Shown here piece after piece: positions 1 to 10,412 of a stretch of DNA of 64,000 nucleotides (positions are counted from its first letter, which is position 1; the number at the start of each line of letters is the position of its first letter). Source of the stretch: Ginglymostoma cirratum (Eukaryota); assembly GCA_024137785.1 (NCBI GenBank), contig JAHRHZ010000042.1, positions 2,327,719 through 2,391,718 of the forward strand. Direction: 5' to 3'. The position numbers and the translations under genes were made by a program. The notes beneath the pieces were generated by a model. It was not told the origin of the DNA and searched no databases. It worked only from the letters and a program-made list of their open reading frames with translations.

Positions 1-989
1 GTAAGGAGAGGAGAAGGTTTAAGAAGCTTTAGCCTATTTACAAATCGATGAAGGAATTTCACCTCAACAGCCAGAACACAACAAGTCTTGTTCACCCATC
101 ACTCCCTGTGCTTCCTTACCAACATTGGTGTCATGGTCCAGCAACACTTCTATTAAAATCTGCTCTTTATGTTCAATGCCCTCCATGGTCTTTCCCCTAC
201 CAATCTCTGTTACCTTCTCTGGGTCTCCATATTCCTCCACAAAAGGCATATTGTGCATTTCTGATTTCCTTGTGGTTTTAGAACGAGGGGGAAAACATCT
301 GGCTTAACCATGAACTGAATGTTCAGAAAACTTCGGAGACAGTTCCCAAGTACAGAGAGAAAACAACAAAGTGCTTGAATGCCTGTGGCTAATGACCTTT
401 ATCAGGCGTGGTATCAACAGAATTAATTCAATTTTCTTGTCATTGATGTTTTGCTCACCTAATCTCAGGAGAGGTAGAAATGCTTCAGGCACTCTCATTA
501 AACTTAGTCCCAGGTCCTTGTTTGCAAGGATTGCATTCAAACTGGTCTGTCTAGATTTGACAACTGATACTATTCATTTCCACCAAATAAAACCTTCTAG
601 CAACATGTTCATGTTCAAGAATTGCAAGCAACCAACTCCTTTTCCTTTTGCTTTAGAGGTGCTTGTGTTGCAGATATGCTTCCATTGATATTATTAACAA
701 TTCTGTTGTCAGAGCCTTAAGGAAAATTAAACCTCTTGTCAGTCACCAATCTGTAATCCTCAATTTTGTCTAGACTGGTAGTAATTGGAGAGGGAGTTTT
801 TATTCCAAATTTCTCACTTGGACATTGCTATTAAAGAAAAAACCTCAGACGCATCTTTTATTTCTCTCATTATTGTCTTGCACAATGTTCATTTCTGTTA
901 CATAATCATCCCAAACTATTTGTAAATCACTCTCTCTTTCCTCCAGCCCCCTTTAATGAAGTTATAACAAATCTTATAAAATGCAGGTT

Positions 990-1745
990 CAACCTGACCT
1001 GGAATATTGAGTCTATTTCTAGGCATGACACTTTAGGAAGGATGTGGAGAACAGGAAACAGTGCAGGCCAGATTCACTGTAGGAGTAGGAGTAGGCCGTT
1101 CAGCCCAACAAGTCTGCTCTGTCAATCAACGAGATCATGACTGATCTGGTAATCCTCAACTCCCTTTTCTTGCCTTTTCCCCATAATCCTTGATTCCCTT
1201 ATTGATTAAAAATCTGTCTATGTCAGCCTTGAATATACTTAATAACCAGCCTTGACAGTGCACCCCCAACCCCACTGTGGTTAAGAACACCACGGTTTCA
1301 CTAACCTCTGAAAGAAGAAATCCCTTCTCACCTCTGTCCTAACTGAGCAACCCTTCACTGTGAGACGATGCCTTCTGGCCCAAGCCTGTCCCATAAAGGG
1401 AAACAACCTCTCGACATCTACCCTGTCTTCCCTGGAGAAGAGAAGGTGGAGGAGATTTGATAGAGGGGCCTGCATTGAGTAGATGTAAGGGGAAATTGTA
1501 CATGGCACTGATTTAAGGTGATTGATGTATCAACAGCAAGAAGTTTTACACTGTGTGTTATTAAGATCTAGAAGGCACTGCCCGAGAGTGCGACACAGGT
1601 GAATTCAAAAGGGAAATGAATAATTATCTGGAGATAAAAGATTTACAAAGCTATGGGGTAAAGGCGGGGTAGTAGCACTTACAAAGAACCAGCATGGACA
1701 CAGTGGGCTAAATTCAGCCACCTGTGCTGAGCCCATTCTGTGATT
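990..1745. mobile_element. Old CR1 fragments (+ strand piece interrupted by a - strand 3' end at ~1080-1432)
   Basis: Similarity to other CR1 3' ends in the window; minus ORF DRVDVERLFP. Confidence 0.6.
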
Positions 1746-2384
1746 CTTCTTTATCCTGGCTCTGAGTCTCCTCAACTGAAAGAGTTCCCAGCTCCTCGAC
1801 ACCTAATTCTGATGAAGAAGTCAGCAACAAAAAGCTGTAATGCTGAAGGAATGCCACACTGTCAGAGCTGCTTTACTTCAGAAGATGTGTTAATCTGAGG
1901 TCCTGTCAGATCTCTTGGGTCGAATTGAATGCTTCTCTGGCATTCTCAGAAGAATAAAAGTGTTCCCCTAATGGATGGTGACCTCTGGGCACTGATGTCA
2001 ATTCCTCTGTCTCTCTGGTAGGACTTGAACCTGAAGCCTACGGAGAGCTACCCACTGAGCTAAGGCTGTCATCTGGTGGCCAAGTTACTTTGGGTGAGTC
2101 TTGTCAAGAGACTGGAAAGCAGATCACTCATCCAGGCTGTGGTGGAATGTTAAAACCCTGACCCCTCTGCTAATGGGATCATGTCTGCTGAATGTTTGGA
2201 GTACTGAAGCAACGAGAGGCCACTCAGCCCCTGAGGACTTTCCTAGCGTCCAATTAGATCACAGTTGATCTGTGTCTTAACTGCAGCTGCCCACCATGGC
2301 TCTATTACTTCGCAATACACTTGGCTAATAAAATTCTATCAGCCTGGATGGAATATTTCCAGCATGTTTTCTTTATTTTTTTTA

Positions 2385-2801
2385 CTCTCATTCATGGGAT
2401 ATGTGCTTCGCAGGCTGTCCCAGCACTTATTGCTTTTGAGAAGGTGGTGGTGAGTTGCTGCCAAATTGCAATCCATTTGGAGGTGGATCCAGAAAGCCAT
2501 AAGGGAGAGAATTCCAGGATTTTGTCCCAATGACAGTGAAGGAACTGCGATGTATCTCCAGGTCAGGATAGTGTGTGACTTAGAGGGGCATCTGTAAGTG
2601 GTGAAGTTCCTGTGCTTGTATGACTCCAGTCCTGGGTGACTTGAGGTTGAGTGCTATCTAAGGAGCCTTGGTGGATTTCTGCTGTGGGTAATACATACTG
2701 AGTTTCGGTAATCGACAGAGTGAATGTTCGTAGATGTGATGATAATCAAGTGAACTACTTTGTCCTGGATGGCATCAAGCTTCTTGGGTGTTGTTGGAAA
2801 C
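2385..2801 (-). mobile_element. CR1/L2-group LINE, 3' portion (split from 7588-9750 by the LTR element)
   Basis: Same sequence family as the uninterrupted copies near 13220-13985, 19540-20105 and 57445-58125. Confidence 0.75.
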
Positions 2802-3282
2802 TGTCTTGGATGACAGAGTGTATCCAAATGGGTCTTTTCAGATTTGGTTAAATGCAGTTCAGAGAAGGCTCGACAACTGCAATTTGCTTAAATGTGAACA
2901 TTTATTGAGTAATAATAAAAGGTGTAAAAGGAAGGAATTAGGTGAATGAAAAAGAAAGGAAAAAATATAATAGGCCTCATGCCCTTCTTCCTGTTGGGGA
3001 TCCCTTGATCGTCGGTTGGTCTGGAGGCTGAGGTTGTTCCTGGCACTATTCGCGCTCCCATTCTGAGGTGAAGTCCAACAACTTGGAACAAAACTCTCTC
3101 CCTTATGGAGTGTAATAAACCGCGAGTACAGAGAAACAACTACAGAAAGTACAGAAAAACAATCTGATGGTGCCATCTTCTGCATGTACAGGAAAGCTAG
3201 TTGCCCATCACAGGACTTATTCAATGGCCATGCAGCTGTCGAATATCACCAACAATTTTAGCCCTTCAGCCCATCTTATACA
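2802..3282 (-). repeat. 3' LTR (TG...CA)
   Basis: TG at 2802 and CA at 3281-3282. AATAAA on the minus strand at 2901-2906. Purine-rich GGGGTGGAT directly upstream on the minus strand. Confidence 0.85.
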
Positions 3283-3289
3283 ATCCACC

Positions 3290-3607
3290 CCGATGATATT
3301 TGACAGCGCGTGTCACAATTGCAGGTGCAGACGCAAATCAGCGACAACTGCGCGTGAAGAGTATGTAATCTATACCAGAAGATCAAAACTACAATGAAAA
3401 TAAAAAAATCATCAAAATGAACAATGCAACAATAGGGTGTATCATCAAACCAATGACTGCAGTGGCCTTTGGGGATTAACGCTTAAATATATCCCACCCC
3501 TGATGTATGGTCAAGGCTGTGATGGAGCCAGCAAGTCATGCCACGTGCCTGCCTACCTCTGATGGGATCGAAATTGAGAGGAGCCCACAGAGGATTAGTG
3601 TTTTCAT
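3290..3607 (-). pseudogene. env-like remnant: signal peptide + membrane-proximal region + TM
   Basis: ATG 3607: MKTLILCGLLSISIPSEVGRHVA*LAGSITALTIHQGWDIFKR*SPKATAVIGLMIHPIVALFILMIF..., continuing after a shift in a T-run as IVVLIFWYR. Located just upstream of the PPT. Confidence 0.65.
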
Positions 3608-3812
3608 GCTCCTATTAATAGCAGCAATATGTTTAATTACAGTTGCAGTGCAACCACTTCACATACATTTACGTGTGACCTTAATCTATTCCAGCTCCTG
3701 TCCTGGGGTCAAGGATCCTGTTCCTGTTGTGGGCCCTCACAACCTGCAAGAGGGAGAGAGGAAGGAAACAGAGTGCTGGGCTAGCTGGCTGTTAATCAAT
3801 TCTTTTCTGTTC

Positions 3813-4332
3813 TTCTGGAATGCTGTGTCCAGTTCTGGTCGCCCAGTTACAGGAAGGATGTTATCAAGTTGGAGAGGGTTCAGGAGAGATTTACCAGGAT
3901 GTTGCCGGGTATGAAAGTTTTGAGTTATAAAGAAAGGCTGGGACTTTTTTCACTGGAGTGTCGGAGAATGAGAAGTGACCTGATAGAAGTTTATAAAATA
4001 ATGAGAGGTATAGATAGAGTTGATGGTTGTTGTCTTTTTCCTTTTCAAGTCTAGGGGTCACCTTGTTAAGGTGAGAGGAGAGAGAGACGTAAGAAGCAAA
4101 TGTTTTACACAGAGGGTGGTTCGCACGTGGAATGAACTTTCTGATGAAGTGGTGGATCTGGGTACAATTACAAACATTTAAAAGACATTTGGATGGCTAT
4201 ATGAATGGGAAAGGTTTGGAAGAATATGGGCCATGAGCAGGCAGGTGGGGCTAGTTTAGTTTGGGATTAAGTTCAGCATGAGCTGGTTGGACCGAAAGGT
4301 CTGTTTTTTGTGCTGTAAGACTCTATGACTCT
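3813..4332 (+). mobile_element. CR1 (HER1-like) LINE 3' fragment nested inside the LTR element
   Basis: LERVQERFTRMLPGM..SYKERLGLFSLE.RR.R.DLIEVYKI C-terminal motif; ends in a ctctatgactct tail. Confidence 0.9.
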
Positions 4333-5879
4333 CGCATTTGGATCTTTCTGTGTACTTTAATTTTAATTACGCTGCTACCTCACTGAGGTGACCAGATTAT
4401 CACCTACACTTTTCAGTTACTCTATTACATAAGTTGCTCTAAGATTCAGTATATTCCGGATTCAGGTTTCTCAATTTGTTTTTTTTTTTATCCTCCAGTT
4501 CCCCATTTACAGATCACTTCACCGAATAATAGTAAATTAAAATCATACATGGACTCAAACTTTCCCCAGCTATCTTCATGTGTATCCATCTTGAGGATAC
4601 TTCTTTCATATGGTTCCCTCCTTGCCAATTTTGTAAATGATTGTCTCATTGAATGGTAAGTACCTCGACATGCAAGTACCCTCTTTCAGATACAATATGC
4701 ATGGCAGCAAACAATACAGCTCTAATGTTCATCAGGTTTTACCTTCAGCTTATGCTTCCCGCTTTTTATTTTTCCTGAGGTTCCCTTACCACAGACTCCA
4801 ATGCCACCTGAGTTTTAGTTCAGCCTCCTTTCACATACATTAACTGTCCTAACACATTACAATTTCACCTACTGGTTTAGACACTGGAGTACATGCATCA
4901 TACAAACGCTCAACATGGGGTATCTCTGTGTCAGCCGATGGTCCCTTTCACACAGTCCACTATCACACCTCCCAGAGCCCATATTCCTTCATTTCTGTAA
5001 AATTTTGACATAATAGCCATTCACTCTTTTTATTTTGATTGTAGTTTTTTTAACATCCCTTTCACTGATACTACTTCCATTGTTTTAAAGTCAGTTTCTC
5101 TGTGGATTTTGTGTCAATGTCTTACCATTTAAACTGTTTTTGCGCTCTTCAAAGCCACATCAACCATTTTGTCTAGTAGGCGTACATGTCTGAGACCGTT
5201 TCTCAGTGCATGTTTTGTTTTTTTGCCGTGTAGTCCCTTATGTTTGTTGCCTCCGAGGTAACATTCACAATTGCACACTTATATTGGTGTCCCAAGACTG
5301 TGTCATGCATTCTTGACTCCCACATGATCTTATCAAATGATCTGTGAGCTTTTACTTATCTCTCCACATATGGCCTCAATGCCTTTGGTAGTGACTCGAT
5401 CATCTTGTCAGTTCACTTAAAAGAAAAGACAAGGACACAAACATCACCAAGAAAAAGCTATCAGTTTAGTGCCCTCATCTAAACTTCCTATTCACTAAAA
5501 TGTATTTTAACCTCAATTGCTGTTTCAACTCACTATTCTAATTTTTTGTCCCTGCCACCAATCTCCACCCTTAATTACTTCGTCTCATCCAATTTTGCAA
5601 CTTAACTGTTGCCACCGATCTAATTCCAGAGATCTAGAGAGATTTGTAGTCCATGGAAAAATATTTTAAAACAGAAGTCAAAGATTTCTGTCTGACTCAG
5701 GCAAAACATACTTAGTTTGTTTTTTCTCTAAGATGACCCTTTTTTAAAAAGTTACTTGATAGCTCATCCTATATATTTGATATACTGGTATGTAAATGTG
5801 CCCAAATTCAATAATCAGTTTACTTCCTTAAAGTCACTAACCATTTTCATGCATTGAAAAAACTGAGACTGTGTGCGAG

Positions 5880-6147
5880 CAATTTATCATTTCCCAGAAT
5901 CCCTCTAAATCTTCAGTAACTAGGGCATGTGAGTCTTAATATAATTCTTGTCATGGTATGCTTAAGTGTACCCAGGCTCAGTGGTTTTGAGATTCCTGAC
6001 ACTCAATACATTTGATGTTTCCACAGTACTTCCCCAACACTGAAATGTGTTATTGATGAATGGCTTGATGGGTTGAGGGTGCCTCATTCATCACTATGTT
6101 GCGACATTGGAAGTCTGCAAACAGGGTCAGCATCCAGTGTCTCCAAT
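5880..6147 (-). pseudogene. Retroviral-type aspartic protease remnant
   Basis: IGDTG at 6147-6133, VSGI flap-like motif, and GILGND at 5903-5886, about 80 codons apart. Stops and frameshifts lie between them. Confidence 0.65.
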
Positions 6148-7088
6148 TTCTTAAATAAAAACAACCTCCATCCATTCCATGTCAGGCAGAATGGGTTAAA
6201 TTAGTATTACAAATTTAACAAAGGGGGTTGAGTGTAAACTCTTCCACATAATTACGTCATCTGTTGCTCCTCAACCTGTGAGGGAAATAAGTGCGTTATA
6301 TTATTAGCAAAGGAAAGCCTTTGTTAAATTAGTAGCGGTAATTAACTTTAAAACACACCATCAGAATTTTGTTCAAAGGAAGTCCATTTCCAAGATTCCA
6401 AATTTCTATTATTTGCGTAATTTCACCCCAAAGTACATTTACAATGAGCAAATGTTATCATCGGAATTAAAGATTCACTCCTGTTCAAACAATATTTGGA
6501 AGTTCATTATGGTCAGAAAATGAAATTCAAAATGTGATAATTTCTGGAATTAAAATGTCCTCAGTCCAAACGCAACACTTAGCCAATTCCAAAGGTAAAT
6601 TTTTACCAAACTTTACCAACCAAATTTTTGATTCAACATTTTGTCACAGACTTTTTGCTTTACACAACCTCTGATGGTTTCTTAATAGGACATTACATTA
6701 CCCATACATGTTCCACATTGGTACAGGCACACACCACACTCTTAAATCACTATACATTCCCAAAATGCAAACTAACTTCAAAGTATCCACAGAACAAGCA
6801 CACAAATTGTACAAGACAACATTTAGTAACCAACAAACAGAGGTGCATTCAAACAAAACCACAAAGAGCTAACACTTCTACAAGGTTCAGCGCACTTGCA
6901 CAACGCGGAAACACGATTTCCAGTTCTCTCTTTTTCCAGTTATAACTGTCCCCCATTCCTTCAGGGGTCCTAATTGTGCTAACATATCAGCTACAGATTC
7001 CAATCCGAAATCTGACACATTCCATCCCGGAATATGGAAGGTCTCCAGAACATCGGTTGATTTTCCCTTCTCTTAAAAGTTTTCCCAA

Positions 7089-7106
7089 ATCCCATCCTCA
7101 TTGTCA
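7089..7106 (-). promoter_or_regulatory. Primer-binding site, tRNA-Ser(GCU) type
   Basis: Minus strand TGACAATGAGGATGGGAT vs TGGCGACGAGGATGGGAT expected from the vertebrate tRNA-Ser(GCU) 3' end: 15/18 identity, two differences being CpG-type transitions. It lies 4 nt inside the LTR. Confidence 0.8.
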
Positions 7107-7110
7107 AGAA

Positions 7111-7587
7111 TGCGTGGATCACAGAGTGTATCAAAGCGGGTCTTTTCATATTTAGTTAAATGCAGTTCAGAGAAGGCTTGACAACAGCAGTTAACTGTAA
7201 TACGATCATTTATTGAGTAATAATAAAAGATGAGAAAGAAAAGAACATTTATTAAGTAAATGAAAAGGGAAGGAAAGAAATAAACCTCGTACCCTTCTGC
7301 CTATCGAGGACCCCTTGATCGTCCGTTGGTCTGGAGGCTGAGGTTGTTCCTGGCACCATCCGCGATCCCATTCCAAGGTGAAGTCTGATAACTTGAACAA
7401 AACTCTCTCCCTTATGCAGTGTAACAAGCCGCGAGTACAGAGAAACAAGTACAGAAAGTACAGAAAAACAATCTGATGGTGCCGTCTTCGGCATGTACAG
7501 GAATGCTAGTTGCCCACAGGACTTATTCAAGGCCATGCAGCTGTTGAATATCATCAACAATTTTAGTCCTTCACCCCTTCCTGTATA
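7111..7587 (-). repeat. 5' LTR
   Basis: Aligns by eye over its length with 2802-3282. AATAAA on the minus strand at 7209-7214. PBS immediately internal. Confidence 0.85.
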
Positions 7588-9750
7588 GAGCTGTGCTCAT
7601 CCAGGAAAGGGGAGAATATTCCATTACCTCCTGACTTGTGCCTTGTAGATGGTGGACAGGTTTTGGACACTCAGGCAGGTGAGATACTCATTGCTGGATT
7701 CCTAGCCTTGGACCTGCTCTTGTATCCACTGTATTTATATGGCAAGTCCAGTTTAGTTTCTGGTCAATTGTAACCATTAGGGTTTGATGTTGAAGGATTC
7801 AGTGACAGCAATGCCATTAAATGTCAAGGGGTGGTAGTTAGATTCTCTCCTGTTGGAGACGAACATTGCCTGGCACTTGTCTGGTGGAAATATTACTTGC
7901 CATTTGTCAGAAAAGGCCTGGATATTGTCTAGGCTTTTCTTCAACTGGATATTGACTGTTTCTGTAGCTGAGGAGTCACGAATACTGCTGAACATTATAC
8001 AATCATCGGCGAACATCCCCACTCCTGACCTTATGATAGGGGGAACGCCATTGATAAAGCATGTGAAGATGGTTGGGCCTAGGACACTACCCTGAGTAAT
8101 TCCTGCAGAGATGTCTGGAGCTGTGATGACTGACCTCCAACAGCCACAGCCATCTTTCTATGTGTCAGGTATGACTTCAACCAGCAGAGAATTTTGCCTC
8201 TGATTTACATTTGGTCTGCTTTTGCTTGAGATCCTCGATGCCAAATGCCCTTGTTATCAGATTGAGTCAACTGACATCAAGGCCAGTCACTCTCACCTCA
8301 GAAGTTCAGTGCTTTTGCCCATGTTGAAACCAAAGCTGTAATAAGGTAGGGAGCGGAATGGCTTTGGGGAAACTCACACTGAATGTCAGCAAGCAGGTTA
8401 TTGCTGAGCAACTTGTTCTTTGATAGCACTGTTGCTAACCCTTCCATGATTTTATTGATGGTCTAGAGTAAACTGATAGGGTGGTAATTGATTGGGTTGG
8501 CTTTATCCTGCCAGTTGTGTACAATAGCTAGGTTTTTTTTACATTTCTGGGTGTTGGAGCTGTACTGGAACTGCTGGTTAGGTGTGAAGCCAATTCTAGA
8601 GCATGTCTTCAGTGTTATTGTTGAAATATTTTCAGGGCCCATTCACTTTGCGTATCCAATGTCTTCAGTCATTTCTTGATATCACGTGGAGTGATTGAAT
8701 TGGCATCTGTGATGCCGGGACATCTGCAGAGGGCTGAGATGGATCATCCAATTGGCACTTCTGGCTGAAGATGTTTTTGTACTGACATGTTGGGCGCTTC
8801 CCTCATTGACGATGGGGATATCTGTAGAGCTACTTCCTCCAAGAATTGTTTAAATTGTCCACCGCCATTCGCAACTGGATGTTGCGGGACTGCTAAACTT
8901 AGGACTGATTGATTGGTTCTGGGACCACTTAGTTCTGTCTGTCATTTGTAGGTTATGCTGGTTTGCACACGGCTAATTGTGCATTGTAGCTTCATTAGAT
9001 TAACACCTTATTTTTTGGTATGCGGGTCCTGCTCCTCGCATGCTCTTCTGACCCCTTCATTGAAGCAAGTGTGAACCCTTGACATGGTGGCAATGATAGT
9101 GTTGGGGATATGCTGGGCCGTGAGGTTGCAGATTGTACTTGAATATAATGGCACACAGTACCTCAGGGATGTCCAGTCATGAGTTGTCAGATCAGTTCAA
9201 AATCGATCCCATTTAGCACAATGGCAGTTTCATACACATGATATAAGATATTCTTGATGGGAAAGTCAGACTTTATCTCCACAAGGACTGTGCAGTGGAC
9301 AGTCTGACTGATACTGTCATGGAGAGATATATCTGCAGTAAGCAGATTGGTGAGGATGGCGTCAAGAATTTTTTTTTTTCTCGTTTGTTGATTCTCTCAC
9401 AAATTGCCTCACACCCAATTTATAACAATGTTCTTTTCAGTCTGGACCAATATAGCCATGAGTGCTGTTACCGAGCCATTCTCTTTGTGATGGACATTGA
9501 AGTCTCCCAATCAGAGTACATTCTGCACCTCTGATACGTTGACCACTGCCTCCAAGTGATGTTCAAACTGGAGTACTGATTCATCAACTGAGAGGGTGTG
9601 GCCAGTGGTAATAAGCAAGAGGTTTCTTTGCCCATGTTTGACTTCATGCCATGAAACTTCATGGGGTCTGAATCAATGTTAAGGACTCTCATAACAATTC
9701 TCTTCTGACTGTATACCACAGTGCCACCACATCAGCTGGCTCTATCCTGT
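7588..9750 (-). mobile_element. CR1/L2-group LINE, RT-coding portion (decayed)
   Basis: ORF 7777-8022: MFADD...LDNIQAFSDKWQVIFPPDKCQAM, RT domains 5-7. Continues the host sequence after the LTR. Confidence 0.85.
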
Positions 9751-9764
9751 CAGTTTCAAGACAT

Positions 9765-9913
9765 GAGATAACAAAGTGTAGAGCTGGATGAACACAGCAG
9801 GCCAAGCAGCATCAGAGGTGCAGGAAGGCTGATGTTTCGGGCCTAGACCCTTCTTCAGAAATTTTCAGCCTTTTCTGAAGAAGGGTCTAGGCCCGAAACA
9901 TCAGCCTTCCTGC
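9765..9913. mobile_element. Penelope-type short element (family 1) with 42-bp perfect inverted repeat and two hammerhead-like cores
   Basis: 9820-9861 is the exact reverse complement of 9872-9913. Each arm contains CTGAAGA-AGGG..CCC-GAAAC. Confidence 0.75.
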
Positions 9914-10298
9914 TGTATACTACCTCTATGTTCACTGTTTAGTTTTATTACGTGACACCTCAAAAAAAAGGCTTCCAGCCGCATAGTTATGCTGTTATGA
10001 CACAGGGATAGCAAGTCAAATTAAATCAGCCTCACCGTCATTGGATTCACAACACAGTGAAATTAAAACATTCCAAATAGCTCAATTGTTCCTAACCAGA
10101 TTTTATAAATAACAAATATTGGACAAAAACAAAAATGAACAATTTGTTACTAAGAATGTAACTTTAGCAGAGCACAGAAACTACAGGCAGTCTTATTAAT
10201 ATCTAAGCCCAAGCTTCAATGATCATAAACCCCTTTTGCACACCAACAGACAGACAGACACAGTTAATAGATAAATTAAAAGACAAAATAAAATAATT

Positions 10299-10412
10299 CA
10301 GAGACAGTAGGAACTGCAGATGCTGGACAATCTGAGATAACAAGGTGTAGAGCTGGATGAACACAGCAGGCCAAGCAGCATCAGAGGAGCAGGAAAGCTG
10401 ACGTTTCGGGTC
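10299..10412 (-). mobile_element. Penelope-type short element family 1, truncated
   Basis: Shares GAGCTGGATGAACACAGCAGGCCAAGCAGCATC with the copies at 9765, 15613, 33785 and 60879. Confidence 0.7.

Larger units (their letters stand above)
2802..7587 (-). mobile_element. Decayed, internally deleted LTR retroelement / endogenous retrovirus with env-like remnant
   Basis: Two ~480-bp direct repeats, a PBS, a PPT, protease and TM remnants. It interrupts a LINE whose halves rejoin across it. Confidence 0.88.
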
